Position numbers and translations under genes: made by a program. This document shows, in pieces, positions 36,035 through 44,660 of a stretch of DNA of 64,000 nucleotides. How positions within the stretch are numbered: the first letter of the stretch is position 1; every line of letters starts with the position of its first letter. The notes under the pieces are model-generated. The model was not told the DNA's origin. It worked only from the letters and a program-made list of their open reading frames with translations, and searched no databases. The DNA is from Christensenellales bacterium (GTDB lineage Bacteria; Bacillota; Clostridia; Christensenellales; UBA1750), in contig JBMNOE010000004.1 in NCBI GenBank assembly GCA_050942895.1, positions 97,064 to 161,063 on the forward strand, read 5' to 3'.

Positions 36035-37525
36035 TTGAATAGGATATGGTCAAAAAGAGTGCTGGTGGCGCTCATGGCGATAGCGTTTCTGTTTGCGTTG
36101 CTGGCGAGCGGGCTGGCCGACGCCGGGAACTTTGCCGGAGATTCCGACTGGGGCGGCGGTGGCGGATGGGACAGCGGCGGTTGGGACAGCGGCAGCGACT
36201 GGTCCTGGAGCAGCGACTCTGACTGGGGCGAAGGCTCCATAGAGGATTTTCCCATGACACTTGTCGTGGTGATAATAATAGTCCTGTTCATTTTTTTCAA
36301 TGATAAGCGCAAAAGAAGCCGTCCGGTGCAACGGCCTGTCAGTAAGGAAGCGCCGGCTCCGGATTTTTCTGCCCTCTTAAGGAAGGATCCTCTTTTTTCA
36401 CAGGAAGCGTTTTTGGAGGAAACGGCGAATCTTTTTGTGCGGCTGAACGACGCCATCGAAGCGGGAGACCTGGGGCCTGTGCGCACAAGGATGTCGCCGG
36501 AGCTTTTCGCCAGATATGAGTCAAGGCTAAGCACTTTGTCGGGGCAGGGCCAAAAGGAGTATTTCGACAGGGTGGCAGTGCTGGGAACGAAGAGCATTTC
36601 ATACGCGCCTGGCAGCGATTTTGACAGAATAACCGTTGAAATAAGGGCGCGGCTCAACTGGTATGTGAGGGACTCTGCCGGCAGGATTGTTCAGGGGAGC
36701 GACTCAAAGGAGTTGTTTAAGAACTACAGATGGACCATGTCCCGCTCCGCGAAGGCGGTAACCGAAGGCCCCGGCGGCGAATTGCGCCAGACCTGCCGAA
36801 ATTGCGGCGGCCCCGTTTCAAAGAACAACAGCGGGCTTTGCCCCCATTGCGGCGTGGTCTTGCCGGTATCCCAGACTGACTGGGTGGTCACCGACATCAC
36901 GGAGTCGGCAGCGGCCGCCACAGGAGGAACCCCCGGGGAGACTAAGGGCATGCCGGTTAGTATAGAGGATATCAAGAAAACGGACCCGGGCTTTGATGGA
37001 GACGAGTTCCTGAACCGGGTGAGGGATATTTACCTTAAGATGCAAAGCCAATGGAGCAAAAAAGAATGGGAGCCAATGCGCCGGCACATGACGGACGCCC
37101 TGTTCCACCAGATGGGCCAGCAACTGCGCGAATATATCGACGGCAGGATGACGAGCCATCTGGAGGAGCTGAAGGTGACGGGATGCAATATCGTCAAAAC
37201 GATGCGCGACGACACCAACGATATTATCACCGTCAGGATAAAGGCCTCCTTTGTGAACCATGTGACCAGCGATGTTGATGGCAAAACCCTTCGCGGGGAC
37301 AGATCGCTGCGAAGGCATATGACATATGAATGGACGATGGTGAGAAGAACCGGCGTTAAGACGGGTGATGCGGCCAGAGAGATATCCTGCGAGGCCTGCG
37401 GCGCAGAGCTTGACATCAGCCATAGCGTGAAATGCGATTATTGTGGCTCCATGTTCGTGTCCGATCATTATGATTGGGTGGTTTCAGCCATAAGGGGCAT
37501 TTCCCAGAGCAGTGAAAGAAGATAG
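36035..37525 (+). CDS. Membrane protein with Gly/Asp/Ser/Trp-rich region and two Tim44-like domains, each followed by a CxxC...CxxC zinc ribbon
   Basis: AAAGGAG precedes the TTG start, followed by a signal/anchor helix. Next come the GDSDWGGGGGWDSGGWDSGSDWSWSSDSDWGEG region and a TM (LVVVIIIVLFIFF). Two repeats of the Tim44-like pattern follow (FSQEAFLEETANLFVRLNDAIEAGDLGPVR... and FDGDEFLNRVRDIYLKMQSQWSKKEWEPMR...), with ribbons CRNCGGPVSKNNSGLCPHCG and CEACGAELDISHSVKCDYCG. Confidence 0.7.
   Translation: MNRIWSKRVLVALMAIAFLFALLASGLADAGNFAGDSDWGGGGGWDSGGWDSGSDWSWSSDSDWGEGSIEDFPMTLVVVIIIVLFIFFNDKRKRSRPVQRPVSKEAPAPDFSALLRKDPLFSQEAFLEETANLFVRLNDAIEAGDLGPVRTRMSPELFARYESRLSTLSGQGQKEYFDRVAVLGTKSISYAPGSDFDRITVEIRARLNWYVRDSAGRIVQGSDSKELFKNYRWTMSRSAKAVTEGPGGELRQTCRNCGGPVSKNNSGLCPHCGVVLPVSQTDWVVTDITESAAAATGGTPGETKGMPVSIEDIKKTDPGFDGDEFLNRVRDIYLKMQSQWSKKEWEPMRRHMTDALFHQMGQQLREYIDGRMTSHLEELKVTGCNIVKTMRDDTNDIITVRIKASFVNHVTSDVDGKTLRGDRSLRRHMTYEWTMVRRTGVKTGDAAREISCEACGAELDISHSVKCDYCGSMFVSDHYDWVVSAIRGISQSSERR
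36164..36193 (+). repeat. In-frame 15-bp tandem repeat inside the Tim44-like gene (encodes GWDSG x2)
   Basis: GGATGGGACAGCGGC (36164-36178) is directly followed by GGTTGGGACAGCGGC (36179-36193), with one mismatch. Embedded in a longer (G/S)DW low-complexity tract. Confidence 0.85.
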
Positions 37526-37540
37526 GAGAAAAATCAAAAG

Positions 37541-37583
37541 GGCTTGCGGCAAGACGAAAACGGCCGCAGCCTTTTTCTTTTTT
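37541..37583 (+). terminator. Terminator after SPFH/Tim44-like pair
   Basis: GGCTTGCGGC ... GGCCGCAGCC (one bulge) followed by TTTTTCTTTTTT. Confidence 0.75.
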
Positions 37584-37804
37584 CATTTTTTCTTTTTTGC
37601 TCCTTTAGGAAAGCCGGTCCGGCAAAAGCATTAATAATCCGAAGGATGCACAAAAATTTTGTATTATCCGAAGCTCGGACATTTTTAATCCCGGCTCCTC
37701 AACTTATTGTTAAGATAATGAAATGTAAAATTATTTTCGGTATAGGCGTTATCCGTTTTACGTCCACCAGGAGTGAAAAATTTTTACAGGGCTGGTGAAT
37801 TGAT

Positions 37805-38270
37805 TTGAACAAGGAGTTGGTAAAATCAGCGCCTTCGGCTGGATTTAATAGAAAAGCGAGCGATAAACAAATGCTAAGGAGATTATACGAGGCCAGATAT
37901 CTTTGTCTGCTGCTGATTACAGGCATCGTCCACTATGTGATCTTCCATTATTTCCCGATATATGGCATCATTTTGGCATTCAAACAGTTTCGCGCTGATT
38001 TGGACATCATCGCTTAGAGCGCATAATCTTCCAATTTCCAATGCAATATTGCTGGCGCTGCCGCTGAACGAGGTGAAGTCCAGGAGGATGAGCCGGCTCC
38101 TAAGCATGAACCCCGCATCCTTTCGTGGAGACGGGGAACGGCTTCTCCAAAACATATATTCCAATCCCGGATGCCTGTTTGATTACGCGGGGATAGACGT
38201 CTATTACGGCACCTGGATTTCCGACGGACCCGAAACATGGCTTGAAACAATCGAGAGATTGCATAGCTGA
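37805..38270 (+). pseudogene. Remnant of an LplB/YteP-type sugar ABC permease gene (internal deletion, frame change)
   Basis: 37805-38017 translates to ...YLCLLLITGIVHYVIFHYFPIYGIILAFKQF then a stop, paralleling the N-terminus of the intact permease at 10284 (YIPLFGVIIAFKNY). A second frame gives NAILLALPLNEVKSRR, equivalent to APIILAILLNEVRSVKYKR of the intact gene. The rest is missing. Confidence 0.75.
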
Positions 38271-38419
38271 CGGACCGGCCCGTTTTTATACATGAGTGGG
38301 GATATTCGTCTTTAGGAGGCGGCGCAAAGGAGATGCCCAAGGATTCCTGCAAGGCCTTCAAGGAAGCTGTCCGGCGGTATTATTGACGAGGCTGGCGGGG
38401 GGAGCTATGTGATCTTTAG

Positions 38420-38740
38420 AAGGGAAAACGGTGTTGATCACTGGTGCAGTCGAAGGGATAGGCCCTGCTATGGCGGAAGCTTTTCTAAGTGAAGGCACGA
38501 GGGTTGTTTTAAATGATTAAAACGCGGAGGAGCTTGATGCTTTAATAAACGCAGGAACGGCCTGCATCAAGCGGGCTTACGGCATATTAAAGAGCAGGGT
38601 ATGGTGCCTTCCTAATGCATCATGTCGTCAATCTTGCTGTAGCGGAGATGGTTTTTTCCATTGCGCCTAAAATTGCCGCTGAGATTGAAAGCGTCGCGGG
38701 CTTTGAAGAAAGGATAAACAGTCCCGTGGTAAAGAAATAA
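38420..38740 (+). pseudogene. Remnant of a short-chain dehydrogenase/reductase gene
   Basis: 38420-38520 translates to KGKTVLITGAVEGIGPAMAEAFLSEGTRVVLND then a stop (SDR TGxxxGIG Rossmann motif). It is preceded by an in-frame stop, and only short unassignable fragments follow. Confidence 0.6.
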
Positions 38741-38814
38741 TGGACAACCGATCAGTTTATCAACTGCGGCTGGAACCCGCTGGTTCAATATGAGTATGAG
38801 GAGGAATTAGAATA

Positions 38815-39550
38815 ATGTCGGGTATAAAAATTACCGATATTCGCACGATCTTCACCGCGCCGGAGGGCATCGATCCTGCTGTTGTCAGGGTGGAAGCCGG
38901 CCTGGGTTGTGCTACGTTTATTCAGCGCTGCAAGGCGGTCAAAACCGCAATGGAGGAGTACTTTAGGCCGCTGCTTATTGGCCGCGATCCACATTATATC
39001 GAGGATATCTGACAGACGGCGCTGGTAAATTCTTACTGGCGATATGGTCCCGTGTTGAATAATGCGATTTCGGGCGTTGATATGGCTCTGCGGGACATAA
39101 AGGGCAAACTGGCGTGAATGGCACTATGCCAGCTCTTTGGGGGTAAATGCAGGGAGGGGGGTTCCCTTGTACAGACACGCGGACGGGCGCGAACCGCAGG
39201 GAGTGCTTGAAACTGTTCAAGGCTTTCTGGCGCAGGGCTATCGACATGTCCGAGCTTGGCCTGTACGGCGGTGCTCAGAGGAATATAAACCGCCCGGAGG
39301 GTGCGCTGCCGGGAGTATATTATAACCCCGGTTTATATGCCCGAACCACAGTAGGGCTCTTTGAGTTCCTGCGCGAAAGGCTCGGGTTTGAGGTGGAGCG
39401 GCCCCACGACAAACATGAAAGGGTTGCTCCCATGGAAGCGATACGCATGGCAAAACAGTTTGAGCCCTGCCGCCTTTTTTTCTGGAGGACATGCTGCCGC
39501 CGGAGCAGGTGGGCTGGTTCTCGATAGCAAGGCAGCAGACGGCTACGTAT
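38815..39550 (+). pseudogene. Decayed enolase-superfamily D-mannonate dehydratase (ManD-like) gene
   Basis: The N-terminus MSGIKITDIRTIFT...GLGCATFIQRCKAVKTAMEEYFRPLLIGRDPHYIEDI stops at 39012. Homologous pieces continue in other frames ([28 protein letters not shown]; LFGGKCREG; VPLYRHADGREPQ; HDKHERVAPMEAIRMAKQFEPCRLFF), separated by stops and frameshifts. The C-terminus is absent. Confidence 0.8.
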
Positions 39551-40200
39551 AATAACCTGCTCACCTTCAGACAGAATAAAGAACGAATTGGGTAGCTTGG
39601 GGAGCTTTTCCAGAATCGAGTTTAGTATATTGGAGTTGCACATAACAAAGCATGTACCGGTATTGCCCGAGGCGGCGCCGCCCTCAAGCGCGGGAAATAA
39701 GGGGTAGGCATTGTAAAAGCAGGCGATCCCGGCCGAGTCATAGTATATGTGAGTGAAAAAGTCCTCCATGCGGCTTCCGGAATTAAGGCCGTATTCGCTT
39801 ATTAAATTGGCAAAGGAGCCTCCTTGTTGGAGATTTTAGTCAGCAGAATATCTGCATTGACCACCATGATGCCATTTACACTGCTGTTTAAATCGGTAAT
39901 GGACTTCATGTTGTCGAAAACGGCGTTGAGATGAGTGAATTTATCATAAGGTGTGTTTCTTCTATGTAATTTTTTAGGTTATAACATATGCGGCGATATA
40001 AGCTGCTTTTTCAATGCCCTCCAAAGTGTGCAGCACATTTTGATTGGTGGTGTCGGCGACATTGTTAAAATATACGAGAGTTTTTCGCGGATAAGGTAGT
40101 AAAGCCCATCGAATACAGGAGCTGCTTTTTATCTTCATAAAAGTTTTGAGCTTGATTGACGATGCGGGGCAGAAGGAACGATAGCTTTATTTGTTTTTCA
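39546..40200 (-). pseudogene. Remnant of the N-terminal sensor region of a membrane sugar-sensing regulator/kinase
   Basis: The minus-strand translation is broken by several stops. Fragments (FDNMKSITDLNSSVNGIMVVNADILL; MEDFFTHIYYDSAGIACFYNAY; NSNILNSILEKLPKLPNSFFILSEGEQV) parallel the sensor region of the intact regulator at 3808-6033 (KSSKITSLIDKLTASNGAIVAIYSDYGELL). No output domain remains. Confidence 0.55.
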
Positions 40201-40283
40201 TTCTATCTATATTTATTATGAGATATGCTGGTGGCTGATTCAACGTCTTCAGCTATGGAGTCTTAGGAAAGCTCGGAATGAAA

Positions 40284-40312
40284 GCAAGAAAAGGCCCCTG
40301 CCGGAGGGGGCC
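40284..40312 (-). terminator. Candidate terminator downstream of DUF421 gene
   Basis: GGCCCC-loop-GGGGCC hairpin; on the minus strand it is followed by TTTTCTT. Confidence 0.5.
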
Positions 40313-40458
40313 GCTTTGACCGGCTTTTTATGTGAACGCATGCAGCCTCATAACCGCAGTTTTGAAGTTCAAAATTGTAAAAAGGAAGTGCAGCTTGTGA
40401 GATGGAATCAGATCTGCTTTAAGATGTTGCTAAGGGGCGATGAGGCTGCGCGGGTTTT

Positions 40459-41187
40459 CTAAATGAGCGACACTCGCTTTGAGATTCTTTCCCGTGGGTT
40501 TTTAATATGGGCTGAAAGCTCGCCTTTGTCGGAGAGAGTGGCGACGATGACATCTTTGAGGGAGCTTATGCCCTGGGCTTTAAGCTGCGCCAACAGCCAC
40601 TCCTCGTCTCTGTTGAACGCCTCCAGGTTGCCGTGAAGGATTTTGCCGTCCAGCACCACATTTGCAAGAAGGCCGTCATCTTTGGTTTCGATTGAAAGAT
40701 CCGAGGCTTTAATGGTTCTGGCATGGGGTTTTGCCATCACAGCGATTGTGCCCTTGGTTTCAAGTATCGCGTAGTCGATATCGCTTATATTAAAATAGCC
40801 CTGACTGCGCAGCTCGCTGAGAAGAAGGGCGGCGTCGATCTTCGAGCGCTTTAGCCCCTCGTACATTATCTCCCCCCGAGCGATCAAAAATATGGGATCG
40901 CTGGAGAAGAAGCGCCGCACATATATGCTCTTTCGGGAAAGAAAGGACATGGCGAGGCTGGAGAGCATGTAAAAAGCGATGGCAGCAAGGCCGTGAAACA
41001 TGGGAACGTCCTTGTCGATGCTCATGTTTCCCGCCAGGGAGCCCACGGCGATTCCCACCATGTAGTCGTACCAGGTCATCTGGGCCACCTGCTTTGCGCC
41101 GTTCACCTTCGCCAATATGGCCAATGCGACTATGCTCGCAAGCGCCCGCAGAAAAATGTGCACCAAGGCCGGCCCCCCTTTATTCAC
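40459..41187 (-). CDS. DUF421 (YetF/YdfS-like) membrane protein
   Basis: N-terminal TM helices (ALASIVALAILAKVNGAKQVAQMTWYDYMVGIAVGSLAG) and a C-terminal soluble domain with LSELRSQGYFNISDIDYAILETKGTIAV, as in YetF-family proteins. The exact start is uncertain. Confidence 0.75.
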   Translation of the reverse strand: MNKGGPALVHIFLRALASIVALAILAKVNGAKQVAQMTWYDYMVGIAVGSLAGNMSIDKDVPMFHGLAAIAFYMLSSLAMSFLSRKSIYVRRFFSSDPIFLIARGEIMYEGLKRSKIDAALLLSELRSQGYFNISDIDYAILETKGTIAVMAKPHARTIKASDLSIETKDDGLLANVVLDGKILHGNLEAFNRDEEWLLAQLKAQGISSLKDVIVATLSDKGELSAHIKNPRERISKRVSLI

Positions 41188-41326
41188 AGCAAAAATGAAA
41201 GCGCTTATAGTATCGTCTAAGTTTAGGAAATTTATTCAAGGGCGGAATTATTGGCTGAAAAAGCCTGCCCATATGTTATATAATGATATAAGGCCGCAAA
41301 ATAGCGATGGACGGAGGAGAGGGAAG

Positions 41327-42124
41327 ATGGATTTTGATCAGCTATATCAGATCAAGGACGATGTGGAGCTGACGAAAAGGACGTATGAGCTGTTCAATGA
41401 GGATATAAGGCTTAACCGTTCCAAAGCCGCCCGGGTTGAGTTTGTGACCACCGTCCGCTATATTGAAAAATACCTGCGGCCGGCAGGCAGAATTTTGGAT
41501 ATCGGCGCGGGGGCGGGCGAATACAGCCTGTATTTCGCTGAAAAGGGCCATGAGGTCTGGGCCCTGGAGCTGGCGGAAAGCAATATTATTGCCTTTAAGC
41601 GCAAGATAAAGGACGGGCATTCAATAGAGCTTTCACAGGGAAACGCGGTGGATCTGTCCCGATACGCGGATAAATCCTTTGACATCGTGCTGATCTTCGG
41701 ACCTTTGTACCATCTGCGAAAAGAGGGAGACCGGCAAAGGTGCATATCGGAGGCAAAGCGGGTCTGCAGGGACGACGGCTTCCTGCTTTTCTCCTTCATA
41801 TCCAACGATATGGTTGTCGTGACGGAGCTTTTCCACAATGAGAAATACCTGTCGGGGGATACATATGAGCCTGAAAGCTTCAAAGTGAAGGATTTCCCCT
41901 TCGTGTTTTTTACCGTGGAGCAGTGTCGCAAGATGCTGGCGGATGGCGGCATCGGTGTCATCCATGAGATTGCCTGCGACGGCGTCAGTGAACTGCTGGC
42001 GGATAAAATCAACGCTATGGACGAGGAAAACTACAGCAGATACCTGCGCTATCATTTCCATGTCTGCGAAAAGCCGGAGATGCTGGGGCGCAGCAACCAT
42101 CTGTTGTTCGCGGGAACGAAATGA
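41327..42124 (+). CDS. Class I SAM-dependent methyltransferase
   Basis: Start set at ATG 41327 (MDFDQLYQ), with GGAGGAGAGGG upstream. Motif I ILDIGAGAGEYSLYFAEKGHEVWALELAESN and motif post-I/II FDIVLIFGPLYHL. Confidence 0.85.
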   Translation: MDFDQLYQIKDDVELTKRTYELFNEDIRLNRSKAARVEFVTTVRYIEKYLRPAGRILDIGAGAGEYSLYFAEKGHEVWALELAESNIIAFKRKIKDGHSIELSQGNAVDLSRYADKSFDIVLIFGPLYHLRKEGDRQRCISEAKRVCRDDGFLLFSFISNDMVVVTELFHNEKYLSGDTYEPESFKVKDFPFVFFTVEQCRKMLADGGIGVIHEIACDGVSELLADKINAMDEENYSRYLRYHFHVCEKPEMLGRSNHLLFAGTK

Positions 42125-42140
42125 GCAGTTGCTTATATTA

Positions 42141-42168
42141 AAAAGACCCGGAATGCTCCGGGTCTTTT
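42141..42168. terminator. Bidirectional terminator (methyltransferase / PL22 lyase convergent pair)
   Basis: AAAA-GACCCGGA-ATGC-TCCGGGTC-TTTT. Confidence 0.85.
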
Positions 42169-42184
42169 GCTTTGTGAAGCTGCC

Positions 42185-43417
42185 CTAAAAGGAAGTGACG
42201 GCCTTTGAAGCGTCGGCGGGAACCATGTATATGTTGATGGCGCCCTCGATATCGGACGTGAAAACGATGTGGGAGCCGTCCGGGGTGAACACGGGGTGTA
42301 CATGGGCGGACTTGCGGCCGGAGGAGTCGTGGCGGCAGAGTATGGACTGCTCGACCTTGTGGGTTTCCCTGTTGTAGCGGATCAGCGATATCATCTTGCT
42401 GCTGTCCCTCATGCCAGCGTAGAGCTCGGCGGTGTCGCCCACGGCGAGACTGTCGTCATTGTTCATGCTCACATGGCCAGGGCGGCTGTGGGGGTAGTAG
42501 AAGCGCTCCTCGTTTTTACCGTCAATATCCACATATATGTCGGCGTGCATGAAGAAGGGCATGTCGGCCCGGTAGCGGTAGGAATACTGTGCGCCCACCC
42601 TGCATGAGGGCGTGAAGAACTCGTGGCCCACCTTTTCAAGATGCTTTTGCTGTATGATAAGGGGGGTCTGCTCGTCTGTGGAAACCCTGGCCACCCACAT
42701 GCGCTGCACCAGCTCCCAGGGGCCTTCGTGGCAGTATAGCAGAAAGTCGCCATCGTCGGGCTTGAGGCTCACATGGGTCATCTGTTTCAGGCCGCCGCAG
42801 ACGATGTGCATCTTATCCAGCATGGTGTCATAGCGAACGACGAAGCTGCGCAGCCCGGCGAAGAAGGAATCCCGGGCGACGGGGTTGCCCACCGGGTTGT
42901 TCAGCGCAAACTGGGATGAAAGATATTCAGGCGCTTCCACCACCGTGAAGGCGATATACCTTTCATCCCTGGTGATTGAAAGGCTGTGGACGGTACAGGA
43001 AAAGGGGATATGCATCAAGGGACGGCTCTCCAGGGTCTCAAGATCCACCACCTTCAGTTCCTCGTTGCTGTAGTAATAGGCCTTCTTGCCGGATGGAGCC
43101 ATCAGCGCGTGGCAGCCGTGGCCCATCTTTATGGCCTCACCCTGAGTGACCTGCGTAGCCTTGCCGGTTTCAAGCTCAAGGGTGAAAAGCTCGCCCAAGC
43201 CCACTCTGCCCACTGCGGGAGCCCCGGAGTCCTTGATCTTTGACGTGCCTGTGAAGTCCGACGCAAAAAGAGTGTACTTTCCGTCGCCGGAAAACTGGTT
43301 CGTGGTGAAATAGGGCCTGTCGTACATGCCTTTGTTGTCCGTGATGCGCAAAACCTCGACGCCCGTAATGGGGTCCTTGCGGGACTGCACATTCGAATGA
43401 TATACTTTCCCTTTCAC
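42185..43417 (-). CDS. Oligogalacturonate lyase (polysaccharide lyase family 22-like)
   Basis: N-terminus (V)KGKVYHSNVQSRKDPITGVEVLRITD, CHEGPWELVQRMW and HVHPVFTPDGSHIVFTSDIEGAINIY match Ogl-type PL22 beta-propeller lyases (MAKGKQ..., CHEGPHDLVDARMW, HPHPSFSPDD..LFTSD). Start set at GTG 43417, with GGAGG 6 nt upstream. Confidence 0.8.
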   Translation of the reverse strand: MKGKVYHSNVQSRKDPITGVEVLRITDNKGMYDRPYFTTNQFSGDGKYTLFASDFTGTSKIKDSGAPAVGRVGLGELFTLELETGKATQVTQGEAIKMGHGCHALMAPSGKKAYYYSNEELKVVDLETLESRPLMHIPFSCTVHSLSITRDERYIAFTVVEAPEYLSSQFALNNPVGNPVARDSFFAGLRSFVVRYDTMLDKMHIVCGGLKQMTHVSLKPDDGDFLLYCHEGPWELVQRMWVARVSTDEQTPLIIQQKHLEKVGHEFFTPSCRVGAQYSYRYRADMPFFMHADIYVDIDGKNEERFYYPHSRPGHVSMNNDDSLAVGDTAELYAGMRDSSKMISLIRYNRETHKVEQSILCRHDSSGRKSAHVHPVFTPDGSHIVFTSDIEGAINIYMVPADASKAVTSF

Positions 43418-43516
43418 AGTATACCTCCACATATTTTGAATAATGAGTACATTATACATCCAAACGGCGGTGAAAAACAGTTTTTGGGAAAGTTTTTCTT
43501 ATATTATAAAAAGTGG

Positions 43517-43545
43517 TTGTGTTTCGCGCTGAGGGGAGTTATAAT
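43517..43545 (+). promoter_or_regulatory. Candidate promoter of PHP phosphatase/ABC exporter operon
   Basis: TTGTGT (43517-43522), 17-nt spacer, TATAAT (43540-43545). Implies a ~245-nt leader. Confidence 0.5.
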
Positions 43546-43796
43546 AAACGCATGTATAGTATTGACTATGCCATGCTGGGTTGCCGACGAATCGACTGCC
43601 AAGGGCATGGAAAACTGAATACTACAAGTGGTTTCTGTAACGGATTTCGCGGCGCATTGTGCAACGCTGCTTAACATTTCGTGTACAGAGCTTTTTTTTC
43701 CGCTTATTTTGCTTTCAGAATCGCTTTTTCGGTCATATTCAAAGCCATCTTGCGCGGTTACAAAGCGCGCTATTAAAGGGAGGGTGATAAAGGCGT

Positions 43797-44645
43797 ATGA
43801 AATGCGATTTCCACATACATTCGCTGCATAGCGGAGACGGTCAGGCGTCCATATACGAAATGTGCCGGGCTGCAGCCTCAAAGGGCTTTTCTGCCGTCTG
43901 CTTCACAGAGCATCATGATCTTGGCCTTTTTTCGCAGGAGACTCAAGCGTATATCGAAAAAAATATGCCGGGCTTTGCGCCTTTTCGCATTGAAGATCCG
44001 AAGGCCTATCAGAGGGAAGTTATCAAGGCCAGGGAGGACTTTCCGGAGCTTGAGGTGCTTTTGGGGGTTGAGCTGGGCGCTGCCTCGCTGATGGACGAAG
44101 GGGGCCTGGACATAATTGAGCTGCTGCCCCTTGACTATCTGCTGATCTCCTGCCATGATGCCGGAGGGATAGACCCTTACCTGAGGCTGTGCTACGAGGG
44201 CAGGGAAAGGGTGCAGGTGATAGAGGCCTATCTTAAGTCAATGCATGACGGAATGCTGGCGGCCCAAAGCTTCGACGGCCTTGCCCACATCGGCTATGTA
44301 TACCGGTACATAAAGCGCTACGGCCTTTACGGCGAGGATGGCTGGCGATATAATGCCGGAGACTGCCCAGAAATTTTGGATGCCGTGTTAAAAATGGTCA
44401 TTGAAAAGGGGGCTGCGCTGGAGGTGAACATGAGCGGCTGGGGCGAGGGATATTCGATGCCGGACATCGCCGTGCTGAAAAGATATGTTCACCTTGGCGG
44501 AGAGGCCGCAATATATGCATCAGACGCTCACCGCCCTGAAGATATCGGCCGATATTACCGCGAAGCGCTGGAAATAATGAAGGCGTCGGGTGTAAAATAT
44601 CTGGCGGAATACAGACAAAGAAAAAAGACGTTTACGAAAATATAG
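43797..44645 (+). CDS. PHP-domain histidinol-phosphatase family protein
   Basis: MKCDFHIHSLHSGDG ... CFTEHHDL ... SCHD ... ASDAHRPEDIG metal-binding His/Asp pattern of HisJ/PHP phosphoesterases. Confidence 0.8.
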   Translation: MKCDFHIHSLHSGDGQASIYEMCRAAASKGFSAVCFTEHHDLGLFSQETQAYIEKNMPGFAPFRIEDPKAYQREVIKAREDFPELEVLLGVELGAASLMDEGGLDIIELLPLDYLLISCHDAGGIDPYLRLCYEGRERVQVIEAYLKSMHDGMLAAQSFDGLAHIGYVYRYIKRYGLYGEDGWRYNAGDCPEILDAVLKMVIEKGAALEVNMSGWGEGYSMPDIAVLKRYVHLGGEAAIYASDAHRPEDIGRYYREALEIMKASGVKYLAEYRQRKKTFTKI

Positions 44646-44660
44646 CGGAGGTAATCCAAT

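Noticed and set aside
40342-40449. 10-bp inverted repeat GCAGCCTCAT ... ATGAGGCTGC separated by 88 nt near the DUF421 gene end
   Set aside because: An exact 10-bp inverted repeat within ~100 nt is expected by chance several times in 64 kb. There are no flanking features such as a transposase or target duplication.
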